Positions 26,447-39,300 of a stretch of 64,000 nt of DNA are shown piece by piece; within the stretch, counting starts at the first letter, position 1, and each line of letters begins with the position of its first letter. The stretch is taken from contig OX597819.1 in NCBI GenBank assembly GCA_951406725.2, positions 118,668,001 to 118,732,000 on the forward strand. The letters are read 5' to 3'. The stretch comes from Octopus vulgaris (lineage: Eukaryota). The notes beneath the pieces were generated by a model, which was not told where the DNA came from, searched no databases, and saw nothing but the letters and a program-made list of their open reading frames with translations. The position numbers and the translations under genes are program-made.

Positions 26447-27580
26447 TCAAGTTCCGAGTTCGCGTCGGCCCGGGACCAAGCTATAATCTTCATTGAGCTC
26501 CTTTAGCCCAAGCGTCACGTCGAACGCCACGGCCTCCACGGCTATCTGCGGAGGCCATTCGGGGTCCTGTGTGAAGACTAAAGGAGCTCCTTTGTGGTAC
26601 TCTTCCATCATTTTTTTTTCAATTTCTCCTCCTCTATAGAAGAGGACCAATACGTTCAGTTCTTTCGTTGGCGGCACAGTTCCCGCCAACGTCTGCGGCT
26701 CAGGGATATCAGCCGCCCGACCTTTCTTTCTTTTTCTCCTCCTTCTTTTGGGGGAGACTGCTGACCCAGGGGACTCCGTCACCAGACACGGGGGATCGCT
26801 ATCCCCCTTCGCCACCTGAGCGTTCTTTGGCGAGCAGCCATTGTTGCTCGCCTGTCTCTTTCTTTTCGTGGAGGCAACCTCCTCCACGACTTCCACCGTC
26901 TCCCCCTCCAATGAGGGGGCGGCGAGCGCCTTTTCCCCTTCATGCTCCGGGGCACCACCACGGCCCCCGGGACAATTCCTCTTGATATGTCCGGGCTTCA
27001 GGCACAGGTGACACTTGGGGGGGGGCGTCCCTCGAGTATCACCGGGTACCTGTGCCCAGGCATTCTCAGGAAGTCCGGGAATTTTATTTCTCCCACGGCC
27101 ACCGGTGTCCACAGGGTCAAAGTTGCCTTTGACCCCTCCCAGGCGACCGCGGGAGCCATTTTCACCCAGTAGCCTGGGTCCGCTATCCCCCAGGCCTCGC
27201 CGGATGGTCTTCTCGATCCATTCCGCATCCGTGCCCGGGGGCAGCCCACAAACCCAGGCTCTTTTTACTTTTCTGCCACAATACGAGGGGAGGAACAAAA
27301 TTTCCTCTCCCTCCAGTGGCTCGCTAGCAAATCTGCTAGCTTCCTCGGGGGTACCAAACAGCAACCACACCGTTGCAAATTTACTCCCCCGAGAAATAAA
27401 CTTTATCGTTGGTAGGTGGTCCCCCAACTCTTTCTCTATGGTGCTCCTGTCGAAGAGGGCGATAGCTCCACGCGACCTAGAATAGGTTCGTAGGACCACC
27501 GTCCTCTTCTCAAGACTTTCAATCCACTGCTTGGGTGGGACAACCTCCCATTCCAAAGCAGTGGTTTCTTTTGTTGCCAT
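26447..27580 (-). CDS. Gag-like ORF1 protein (RRM-like regions, CCHC zinc knuckle, basic tail), about 377 aa
   Basis: MATKETT start; CHLCLKPGHIKRNC fits CX2CX4HX4C; KRRRRKRKKGR; alternate-frame FPDFLRMPGHRYPVILEGRPP precedes the knuckle. Confidence 0.8.
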   Translation of the reverse strand: MATKETTALEWEVVPPKQWIESLEKRTVVLRTYSRSRGAIALFDRSTIEKELGDHLPTIKFISRGSKFATVWLLFGTPEEASRFASEPLEGEEILFLPSYCGRKVKRAWVCGLPPGTDAEWIEKTIRRGLGDSGPRLLGENGSRGRLGGVKGNFDPVDTGGRGRNKIPGLPENAWAQVPGDTRGTPPPKCHLCLKPGHIKRNCPGGRGGAPEHEGEKALAAPSLEGETVEVVEEVASTKRKRQASNNGCSPKNAQVAKGDSDPPCLVTESPGSAVSPKRRRRKRKKGRAADIPEPQTLAGTVPPTKELNVLVLFYRGGEIEKKMMEEYHKGAPLVFTQDPEWPPQIAVEAVAFDVTLGLKELNEDYSLVPGRRELGT

Positions 27581-27744
27581 GATTTTGAAAAAAAGTTCAA
27601 CTAAAAGTTCAATAAGAAAAAACACAATGACAGAACAGAAAGACAGAACAGAGAGAAGGACGAAGGAAGACAGTTCAAATAATGGCAACACAGTTCTGCA
27701 ACTGGTAATCCTCACGAAACAGGGTACTCCTAGTTGCAGCACAC

Positions 27745-27885
27745 TTGGTTCTCCGTGGTAAATCCAAGCACAATTGGTTCTCCGTGGTAAATCCAAGCAC
27801 AATTGGTTCTCCGTGGTAAATCCAAGCACAATTGGTTCTCCGTGGTAAATCCAAGCACAATTGGTTCTCCGTGATAAATCCAAGC
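27745..27885. repeat. 29-bp tandem repeat, about 5 copies
   Basis: TTGGTTCTCCGTGGTAAATCCAAGCACAA starting at 27745, 27774, 27803, 27832, 27861; no spacers. Confidence 0.95.
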
Positions 27886-28220
27886 GAACAAATTAATTTT
27901 TGAGGAGGGGCTATGCCTCTTCAAAATACACAATTCTCACTAAAAGGTGAGACAATAAATACGCCAACAGGCAGAACAAATACATCCGAAGCAAGTGAAG
28001 CTTATTACGCGCAGAAAAGTGTTAACACTAATTAACATTAATGCCAAAAAAAGTATTAACGGCAAGCAATAAACCTCACTATGCCTCCAAAAATATCGAA
28101 AATGTCCTACCTGTTGCCGTAAATGTTCAATAATTCACGTTAACACGTGACATTTGCCGGAGAAAAAAACAGCACGTCTGTCTGGTAAGAAGCTACTTAC
28201 CACATAGCCAATCCTACGCC

Positions 28221-28447
28221 TATTTTGACATATGTATATTCATATTCTATATTCTTACCGTACTAGCATTTTAGTATGTAGTGTAGCCATGACAGAATAA
28301 GAACCTCAACTGTGCCATGTGCCTATTTTTAAGTAGCAATGTGTAATCTGCTGATGCTTAAACATGCGTCTGCATGCCTTTTTTGTATGTGTGTATAGGC
28401 ATGTGTCTATATATATATATGTTTATATGCACATATATCGGTATAAG
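28221..28447 (+). repeat. Direct repeat, right copy (partner 25395-25607)
   Basis: Colinear with the left copy, with scattered substitutions and a short indel. Confidence 0.9.
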
Positions 28448-28997
28448 TTTGTTTTGTAGTTACTTCATTCTCATTCCTTATGTTTTCCTAGAGACCTAAC
28501 ATATGCATGTGCGACATTTCACTGAAAAATTAAAAAAGAACGATGAAACTGCTATTGTTTTTAGTTCTTGTACAATACTGTGAAAAATACGTTTACATAT
28601 CATGATATGAACTTACAACTGGGAGGAAAATTTACCACGCTTTACACAAGAAGTCATGTTAAAATAAGTGTTCCTATTTAAGAAGCTGTTACGAGAGTTC
28701 CATTTAAAAAAAAAAAAATGAAACTCACGGAAATAACCGAATATTCCCGTGTTTAACTCTGATTCATCCGTCTTTTGCTTATCATGATTACTGATTGTTC
28801 CTATAAAGTACGAAATTTTGAGTTCTACTTCGATATGTGAGGTGTGGCAGAGGCGCTGCGATAGATTTTGGATTTAGTGCATATGTATGTGCGTTTATAT
28901 GAGTGTTGATGCTGCAGTAATGAATATGTGAAGAAGAAGAAGAAGAAGAAGAAGAAGAAGAATCCACATTTAAAAAAAAATTCTGTCTACTCCTTTT

Positions 28998-29398
28998 TTT
29001 TTACTCTTTTAAATTGTTTCAGTCATTTGCCTGCGGCCATGCTGGAGCACCGCCTTTAATCGAGCAAATCGACCCCGGGACTTATTCTTTTGTAAGCCCA
29101 GTACTTATTCTATCGGTCTTTTGCCGAACCGCTAAGTAACGGGGACATAAAGACACCAGCATCAGTTGTCAAGCAATGCTAGGGGGACAAACACAGATAC
29201 ACAAACGCACACACACATATATATATATACATATATACGACAGGCTTCTTTCAGTTTCCGTCTACCAAATCCACTCACAAGGCATTGGTCGGCCCGGGGC
29301 TATAGCAGAAGACACGTGCCCAAGATGCCAGGCAGTAGGACTGAACCCGGAACTATGTGGTTGGTTAGCAAGCTACTTACAACACAGCCACTCCTGTC
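28998..29398 (-). mobile_element. tRNA-derived SINE with internal microsatellite
   Basis: Same family as 11546 and 25612. Confidence 0.9.
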
Positions 29399-29399
29399 T

Positions 29400-29542
29400 C
29401 TTTATTTACTCGTGTACCTTCCTGCTGATGAGCGTAGACTTGAAACGTAACAGATATTTTCACCTTCCCGACCGTCAAACTAATACAACTGCTTGCTGTT
29501 TATACACCTTTCTTCGTCTTTTGTTTTTTATAAATCTGAACT
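29400..29542 (+). mobile_element. PLE 3' end with decayed HHR (29418-29453), followed by (TA)n
   Basis: CTGCTGA-T-GAGCGTAGACTT-GAAACGTA; downstream colinear with 48669-48794. Confidence 0.65.
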
Positions 29543-29580
29543 ATATATATATATATATACAACATTCATACATACGTTCT

Positions 29581-29675
<95 letters not shown>

Positions 29676-30647
29676 CAGAAAGAGTGGGAGAGAGAGAGAC
29701 AGACAGACAGAAATTTTATGTATTAATCATGTTTAAAACTAAAACTGTAATATATAAATATATAATTAGATATGATGAATAAGAATTCTTTAAACTTAGT
29801 GGGACATCATAAATTTTCAAGAGGAGACTGACAAATCATTTGAGTTCATTTAAAGGCAAAAATAAAAGTTTCCAAACGAGCCTTAGCAAATTAATCTGGT
29901 CTTTTAAGGGCAGTAACAAGAACCGTAAGAGTAAATGGAAGTTAATTTATACTGTAAAACCATTCAGAGCTGGAACAAATAGATGTGATCTATGTTAAGA
30001 AGTTTACAGGATTTTCACATCCGAGGGTAAAGTAATAAATTATTGACAGTATCCAGCACTGAGATGTTTGCATCTGAGGAAATTCACATTTGCGAAGTAT
30101 AAATGAACACTTATCAGATACAGGGTTTTTAAATGATGGACTAAAAATGATATCCAATAAGAACTTCAAATAGAGATTGTTCACGTCTGAATTAAAGGAC
30201 AACTGTAAATTATAAAACACAGACTTTATAAAAAAAAAATTAAACGGCCATAGCGAGAGATATTAAGTTAAGAACATGGAGAGAATGCACTAATACTAAT
30301 CGGTGTAACTGAAACATGTGCAGGTCTTAAGTGTCCGTATATAATTATAGAAATAAAGGTAATACTATTGCTACTTCGGTGTAATCCTTATTTTTAATAT
30401 TATCAATATTTATACTAAAAAAAATCCCCGAATATGGTCAAGGAAATATATTCAGAATTATCCGACGAAATATTCGTCTATCTTCTTATTCTATAAGAAC
30501 TTGCTTCAATTTATATATTAATTGTCGAATAATATATTTTGGATACCTAGCTGAGAGCAAAGTGATAATCGCTTTGGAGTAATCTCTCATATTTTAATAA
30601 TTGGCCGCAGCTCTGAGCTGGAACAAGAATACACACACACACACACG

Positions 30648-30694
<47 letters not shown>

Positions 30695-30740
30695 ATATAT
30701 ATATATACAAACATGAAAACACAAAGAGAATGTGGAACAA

Positions 30741-30792
<52 letters not shown>

Positions 30793-31579
30793 CATATTTA
30801 TGTATGCCTGTACCGATATGTGAACGTCGTTGTATTTGTGTCAATCCTCTCGTAGCGGCGGCTGACAACAGATGCATCATTCTATACATCCTGTAACATG
30901 CAGTCTTGATATATTAGATCGGTTCATATTTTAGAGTTGCTAGTCAGCTCTCAATCCCACGAAAGACAAATGTGCACACATTATTTTAGAGTGATTCTTC
31001 TTGAAATCAATAACAATCCTCCAATTATATTACATTTGTGACATATGGACCCTCTTACATCAGGGAGCTCCTAGCCTGCCTTGAAGTTCTCCATTTTATG
31101 CTTGACTTTATGTTGTTTCATCGCTCTTAAATACGAACAATATTTTTCTCGGATTCGTATGTACAACATATATGGAGCTGTCTGTTATAATTGAAGCTTT
31201 TCATACACTCAATCTTATTGTTTACAAACACAATACAGACTGGCAATATTACACATTTGCGCAGCAGGGTCTTTCATATCTGTCAGTGGAAGTGTTAAAC
31301 AGTAATAGTTTTTTTACAGAGTGTTGTATCTCATACGCAAGAGAAATAACCTTCCAAACAAGCAAAGTGAATTCTGGAATGAATAACATATATACTCAGG
31401 GTTTCCGTGTCGCTCTATATACATATGTATTTGTATGTATGTATGTATGTATGTATGTATGTATGTATGTATGTATGTATGTATGTATATATATATATAT
31501 ATATTAAAAAATGTACACAATTTTAAAATAATATATATATATATATACGTGTGTGCGTACATATATGTACGTGTGTATC

Positions 31580-31630
<51 letters not shown>

Positions 31631-32322
31631 ACATGTGTGTATGTGTGTGTGTATGTGTGTATGTGTGTATTGCGTGTGTGTATGTATGAATTTATGTACG
31701 CAGTTATATGTATGTTAAACATATGTATATCGTCTTATAAATTGTTGAAATCGAAATACACGTACAGCCTTCTTTAAAGGTAGAGAAGTTGAGATTGTCT
31801 CCTTCCTGCTTTTTCTACTGATTGTGAAGCTGATTCTATTGCAGTTGACGGTAATAAACCCGATGGTTCTCAATTACAGAGAATATATAAAGAGAATCCG
31901 AAGTATAACTTTAATATTCTTCCATTATTTATTACCTGCAGTAAGATTTCTATAACAGAAATTAATGTACCGATTCACCTGCACCAATAAGAACATGGTA
32001 GTTCGGTTACATGAAATGTGCAGGACACAAACAACCCTGGCATTCGTATAACGACCTGCAAATACACTTCAAAGGTTCCATAATAACAATGCAATTCCTG
32101 CTTAGAGCTACCGAAATGTTATATCGACTTCTAGATTTACGAAAAGAACTATAGAATCTATAATTTAATTTTCCCTTTTTTTGTGTGTAGGAATTCAAGT
32201 TTACAGGTCTGGAGATATACATAAATATATACATACATATAACTACAAGACACACACACATATGTATATAAGTATACGTTCATATACATACATATAGATT
32301 CACACATATGCACACACACAAC

Positions 32323-32390
<68 letters not shown>

Positions 32391-32403
32391 TAGATAGATA
32401 GAT

Positions 32404-32441
<38 letters not shown>

Positions 32442-32506
32442 GAGAGAGAGAGAGAGAGAGATAGACAGATATGTATATATATATAGATAGATAGATATAT
32501 AGATAG

Positions 32507-32537
<31 letters not shown>

Positions 32538-32543
32538 GATATG

Positions 32544-32580
<37 letters not shown>

Positions 32581-32986
32581 TTATGTATATATGTATATGT
32601 ACACAAAGACGTATATATACCAAGACATCTATAAAACTGTAAGTATTTTATTTTACATACACATATCGAATTTAAACATACGTTTCTGATATCCACCACC
32701 ATCATATATACATACGCTACGTCGGACAAGCAGAGAATGCTCAACATGAAGAACAGCATGTATTTGTATTTAAGTTGCAGTAAACAAACATATTTAAGAA
32801 ATAACACTGCAGGCATATTCATACAGCGACGCGAGCACACACAACGCACACACACACACAAACACACACACACACACTGATGTACAGACGGACACTCACG
32901 CTAACACACGAATGCACGCACACACTCAAGCACACAGGCACACACACAAAGATGGGAACAAATATAATATGTATATTTTGCATATA

Positions 32987-34207
32987 CAGGGTGCTTAAGA
33001 TGTTTGAAGACATATTTGACTTTATAAAAAATAGATATATAATAACAGATAATTTTTCCCTTTCACAAAATGCTATGAGCATAAAAATAAACCTACCTTT
33101 CTATAATGTTAGTCAATAAAGCCACCTTCAGCTTCAGCAACTGCTTAAATATGAAGTCTAACTCCAACTACATGATCGAATCAAGTGGTCCTGGTTCATT
33201 TTGGACATTACTCTGACTATGGAAGATTTCAAAATAGCTTTGGTGCTATGGGCTTGTTGATTGACGTATCTCTCAACAACGCTCGACATGTAATAATCCA
33301 ATGGAGTGAGATCTGGGGAATTAGGAATCCAAATGTTAGGGATTATGTGATCATGAAAATTTTCAGGCACCCATTCCTATGTTATTAGAGACATGTTTAA
33401 TAATTCAGAGTCTTTCCGAAATAATTATAGCCTTCCTTTGCATACACTACCCATCTAGGGCTTAACAATTATTTCTAAGACCTCTAACATCTTGTGGAGG
33501 GAAAGAGCCATCATGTCCTTCATTGCTGACAAACCCAAAACCAGTTGCAGGAAATATTGTATGCATAACACTTGCAAATTAAGAAAGCGCTGCATATGGC
33601 CATCTCCCATTTCTCTTGTTAACATTTTGATTTTGGTCGAAGTATTTCCCGTTTGAGTAAAACCAAATCAAATCATTTTCTGCTGGATTTTTTTAGTTTG
33701 TTTAAGAACATTTTAGATCTGATGTTTTGATTTACTTTTTTTTCTCTTTTGTAAAATTGATCTTCCTTCATCATATAATGATGTATTCGTGGACAACATT
33801 TCTGACTGTTTATTCTGTCGCATGGACATCTTTTGCCATTGACATCATGGACTTTCTGGAATTGTAATTATTGGTCTGTTGAACTTGCTGGATAACTTCA
33901 GGTGTTCTGATGATGATTACAGGGCGTTTAAAATGTTTGGTGTGCATTGATACTGGTGATACGTTTCCCTCTTCAGTCTCCAGCTCCTTACAAACTTTGT
34001 ACACGAAAGATCTGGAAACTTCCAATAAACGAGACATTTCTAAATCACTATGCTCAGCCTTTATAACCGCAATAACAGCATGTCTTTCATTTCTTGTTGT
34101 AAGCTGAGAGTCTACCGTTATTATATTCTGAAACAAAGATTATATAGAGTTAGCAGAAACGGAGCAATGACCCCAAAGATTATGTCCTAAATACCTTACG
34201 CACTCTG
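32987..34207 (-). mobile_element. Full-span degenerate Tc1/mariner (maT, DD37D-like) transposon
   Basis: TA-flanked imperfect TIRs cagggtgcttaagatgttt / aaataccttacgcactctg; WIPNSPDLTPLDYY; N-terminal HTH fragment. Confidence 0.85.
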
Positions 34208-34215
34208 TACACATC

Positions 34216-34250
<35 letters not shown>

Positions 34251-34261
34251 GTGTGTGTGTG

Positions 34262-34870
34262 TGTTAGTTAGTTAGTTAGTTAATTTGGCTCAAAAGCAAA
34301 TAGAAAGGCCATGTAGGGGGACATGGAGTTAAGTACAGGGTGGTGTTCATGTAAAAAGTTCAGGCCACTTGAGGTCAAGGGAGGCTTTGAACAAAGCGGC
34401 CGTCGGCATCTTCACCATCTCGTCTGGCAGCTTGTTCCACGGATCCGCAACCCGGACGGAGAAAGCTCCTCTCCTTCGATTGAGATGAAATCGTCGCAGG
34501 TAGAGCTTTTCGGAATGACCCCGCAGCCGACGCTCCGGAGCAGGAGTGAAGAACAGCTCTTTCGAGAGGTTACACTTTCCGCTTATGATGTTGTGGGCGA
34601 GAATGAGATCACCACGGCGGCGGCGTTTTTCAAGAGAACAAAGGTCGAGCGTCCTCAGCCTTTCTTCATAGGACAAATTTTTGAGACCATGAACCATGCG
34701 GGTAGCCAGCTTCTGGACTCTTTCGAGATGATGTATGTCTTTGAAGAGATAAGGAGAAGAGGCTTGAATCCCGTACTCCAATATGGGTCTCACCAGCGTG
34801 ACATAGAGCAGTAGGAATATGGCTGCTGTGAGCATTCCGAATGACCGTCGAATCAAGAACAGAATTCCGC
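34262..34870 (-). mobile_element. CR1-clade LINE 3' fragment, frame intact 34347-34870, (TAAC)n tail
   Basis: LYVTLVRPILEYG..LERVQKLATRMV.GLKNLSYEERL..RRRRGDLI..FSVRVADPWNKLP. Confidence 0.9.
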
Positions 34871-34957
34871 GTGTGTGTGTGTATATATATATATACACAG
34901 AGACAGACACATATACCAACACATACAGGTACTCATTATATATATATATCATGCTGT

Positions 34958-35033
<76 letters not shown>

Positions 35034-35395
35034 CACACAGACACACACATATACCAACACATACAGGTACTCATTATATATATATCATGGTGTTGTATAT
35101 ATTTAAATGTGGCTTTTTCTTGCAGTCAAATCAGAAGCTGGCAGACAACCGCCAATAATGAATGAACGCCACATCTCATAATAAGCCTGGATCTATGAAG
35201 TACAAGTGGAATCTCACAACTACGATGTCACACTGTCTCCACCTAACTAATTCCTTTCTAAATAATTTCTCGTAGCGATGCAAAAAAAATATAAAAATAT
35301 GTTCTGTTTGAATACTATGCAGTGTAACGAAAACAAAGAGGCTGTAATTGCAAACAAACTTCTAAAATATTTGGCTATACTGCTCTTATATATAT

Positions 35396-35977
35396 TTCTT
35401 TCTACTCTAGGTACAAGGCCCTAAACTTTGGGGAGGGGCTTGTCGATTAGATCGACCCCAGTAAGCAACTGTTACATAATTTATCGACTCAGAAAAGATG
35501 AAAGGCAAAGTCAACCTCGGCGGAATTTGAACTCAGAACGTAAGGACACACGAAATACCGGTAAGCATTTCGCCTGGCATACTAACGTTTCTTATTTCTT
35601 TATTGCCCATAAGGGGCTATACAGAGAAGGGAAACACAAAGGGATTAAGTCGATTATATCGACCCCAGTGTGTAACTGGTACTTAATTTATTTATCGACC
35701 CGAAAGGATGAAAGGCAAAGTCGACCTCGGCGAAATTTGAACTCAGAACGTAACGGAAGACGAAATACCTATTTCTTTACTATCCATAAGGGGCTAAACA
35801 CAGAAGGGACAAAACAGGAGAGACAAACAGATTAAGTCGAATACATCGACCCCAATGCGTAACTGGTACTTATTTCATCGACCCCGAAATGATGAAAGGC
35901 AAAGTCGACCTCGACGGAATTTGAACTCAGAACGTAGCGGCAGACAAAATACCGCTAAGCATTTCGCTTGGCCACCT
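35396..35977 (-). mobile_element. Head-to-tail trimer of SINE units inside one TSD
   Basis: Three copies of gatgaaaggcaaagtc.acctc..gaatttgaactcagaacgta; TSD-like tactgct.ttata.atatt near 35378 and 35978. Confidence 0.8.
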
Positions 35978-37678
35978 TACTGCTTTTATACATATTGATA
36001 AGGTGGTAGAAAGCTGTGTCAGTGGCAAATGGAATAAAATTTAGGAAACACGTAAATTAATTAGGTGGAAAGTGACTCACTGCGAAGTGTTGTATAAAGA
36101 ATCTTGGGTGCGGCTTCTTGAAGGAGACGCTTTCATTCTTCTGATTCTTCAAATGACCCGTTCTTATTACCTTAATAATTAACTTAAAGAGCTACATTTC
36201 GAAAGCTCATACGAAGGTATGTTATGCATTACATTATTAATTAGAAACACTGTTTACTTTCATCAAACTATTGATATATGACATAGTGTTAATAAAATGC
36301 ACTTTCAATTATTATTTTTAAAGTGTTTTTGGATCTAAATTTTAATTTATCATGCTTAAGCACAATTTGATGCAGTTTCAAAATATTTGAAAAATAATAA
36401 AATATATGTTCGCCCTTTAAAATCGAGACTTATTTGAAGATTAGTTATAATGATGGATACAGTGGGGGTTGTACAATTTCCATAGTATCCTCAAACATGT
36501 TTGTTGCACGTTTTTAATTTTTAATTGTTCATTTTTGATTATTTTATTTCTTTAGTCACTAAATATATCACAATGTTTTTTGGCTTATGGTTGCAATTTA
36601 TAGCCTAGCTGTTATATAATATAAAATTACCCAATACTAACATTATTTAATTATATAATTCATTCTTACATTATTTCTTTATTATATGTTCTGAGATTGA
36701 GAGTTAAAAAACAAATAACACGGTGAAATGTTTATAGATGTTTGTATATTTTATTGAAGGGTTACGCAATTTTAATGAGTATTCAATGAAACATCTGATT
36801 ACTTATTGACAGAGGGAGGTCGTTTAATATGAAGTAGTGTTATGATATTAATTAAGTAAATTAATGGTAACATGATTTTAATTAAATAAGTATCTTTCAT
36901 GTGTCATTAATGAAATACATTTCTTTTATGCCTCAAACGGTAAAAAGAATTGATAGATGTCGCTTTTTTCTTATATTATTTTAAATGCATTATTTTAAAT
37001 TTACGATCGTATAAATATTTTTTGCGTTCTTAATTGGATTTTACATTATTGGGCTATTTCCAAGGTAATGCCATAACGCTTATCTTGAATGTAAGAGAAA
37101 TATTCACATACATTATATATACCTACAAATATACATGCATGCATACAAACATATATCCATCCATCCATCCATCCATCCATCCATCCATCCATCCATCCAT
37201 CCATCCATACATACATACATACATACATACATGCATGCATACATACATACATACATACATACATACATACATACATACATACATACATACATACAAGCAT
37301 GCATACAGAAGTACGTACGTACATATGCGTGTAGTTATGTTTCAGAAATAATTGCATGACAATATCCAACCACCATTCATAAGTGAATTCCTGAGAAGAT
37401 AATACAAAACACTTAACATGATTAATATATTGTTATTTACATATGTAAGTAGTTGTAGCTACGAGCTTTATGTAAAATCCTCCTTGTGCAGCTTTGATAA
37501 ATCTCTACCCGCTTGAAATGATAGGGAGATTGTACATAGCATTTAAGAAAATGTATATTCAGCGACAAATCTATTATATAAAAGTTGGTGAAAACAGGAA
37601 AATAAGTAGACACATTTAGTAAGTCATAAAAAGCACGAAAAGGTTACAGGGAACATGGAAATAAAGTAGAGATACATA

Positions 37679-37756
<78 letters not shown>

Positions 37757-37790
37757 ACATGCATACATAAACATATGATTAAACAGACAT

Positions 37791-37842
<52 letters not shown>

Positions 37843-38178
37843 GCACAAACAAATACACACACACACGAATTGTTAGTGTTCTCGACTAGAGGTTATAATC
37901 AGCTACTTAGGCCGTCGATGTAGCTAACAGCCTGCCATCGGGTGTCTTGAGTCCTCATGAAAACAAAGGCGCATTTTGACACGACGTGGTTGATTCGGTA
38001 GATTACAGCGTGCGATTTCAGGTTTCGCTATATTCACTTCAATATTACTGATGTGTATTTATTCACCAATATTCAATCCTGTTTCCAATGACGTTACTAC
38101 ATTCTTCCGTAATTTGGTAGTTCTAATGAGTGGAACTTTTATGTCCGCTGTGTTGGGATGCATTTGCTGTTATTGTTG

Positions 38179-38464
38179 TATTGGGTTGTTCGGAAAGTTC
38201 GTGCCCATTTAAAGTTTCGACTTATTTTAGAATATGGTTGAATCCATAAAATATGATTTTACTACACCTCTATTTCGAGCAGGGTTTAAGCTATCTTTTC
38301 GTGGATGACGTAAAAAGATACCTTGATGAATTATTTACCATGAAACCACATCAATTCTGTTATATTCAAGTTTAAGGAAAGATGTGCAACAAAATGTTTT
38401 ATATTTGGGAGATTAAAAAGGTAATAGCAATTATTTATTGACCTTTTTTCCGCACAACCCAATA
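38179..38464. mobile_element. Mariner-derived MITE
   Basis: TIRs TATTGGGTTGTTCGGAAA / TTTCCGCACAACCCAATA. Confidence 0.7.
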
Positions 38465-38479
38465 TATCTTATTTTCATC

Positions 38480-39300
38480 CCATAAATCCTTGTTTCTTTA
38501 TTACATGAAGTTGTTCATGTTGTCACATGTTTATTAGTTACGCCTTCTTATCTGCACCGATCTTTATGTTGATTTTGTTTTGGTTCTTCAGCTAGATATT
38601 CACCAGGGTATCCTAGTGATGTTGAGGGTTTATAAAGACTGGGATTCTATGCTGGCAACTCCCACACATCGTTCATTTCCATGTATGTCCTCTTTTGTCA
38701 TTCATAAATATTGATGCACAAAGGTAAGGAAAAAACGTACAAGTTTACCGCTACAACTCCTCCCAAATAAAACTTTTGCACTGTATTTTCCATCATATTT
38801 GGTCTATGAGTCGTAGTGAAGGGGGATTGTATAATATTTCTGCTGATATTCTGTCTCAGTCTCAGTTTTGAAATACTTGCAGTTATGTACGAAGAATTGC
38901 CTGGGTTGATTGATGGAATATTACCGTAAACTTTCTAGAATTTGCCTTAATATTCTCTGTAATTTCTGTTAAACTTTGACCTCGTTTCACCAACTTTGGA
39001 AAATGCTTCTTGTGCAAGGAGACACACGATTTATTTGCAATACTTTACTCAAGTTCCTTCTGGTCATGGAACCATTCAAAATAAAGACATTTCAGTTCGG
39101 ATGCAATTTGAAGTAATATTTTTCAACGACTTTTCTGCTTGATACTCCTTGCATCTATAAGTGTTTCTGCAGTTTTTTCCTATTATTTGTAGTGTTTTTC
39201 GTTTTCATAGTCCTGGGAGATATCAAAACTCATCTCAGCCTAGAAGTGTTAATACCTTTCTTTGTATTTTCGAAATATTTTGTTTTCGTGGAATGTTTAT
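38480..39300 (-). mobile_element. Possible highly decayed LINE fragment (R4/Dong-like)
   Basis: Only weak translated resemblance (INQPRQFF) and LINE-like strand bias. Confidence 0.25.

Larger units (their letters stand above)
26053..28189 (-). mobile_element. Non-autonomous non-LTR retroelement encoding only an L1/Tx1-type ORF1 (HAL1-like)
   Basis: TSD AAGCTACTT (26044-26052 and 28190-28198); 5' UTR with tandem repeats, a single ORF, about 390-bp 3' UTR ending ..gaaata; no endonuclease or RT. Confidence 0.75.
25612..28220 (-). mobile_element. tRNA-derived SINE split by a 2.1-kb insertion (SINE parts 25612-26052 and 28190-28220)
   Basis: Body matches 11546 and 28998; the head resumes after the insert (aagctacttaccacatagcc..ctacgcc). 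Confidence 0.9.

Noticed and set aside
27745-27885. CRISPR-like 29-bp repeats
   Set aside because: No spacers, no cas genes, eukaryotic retroelement context.
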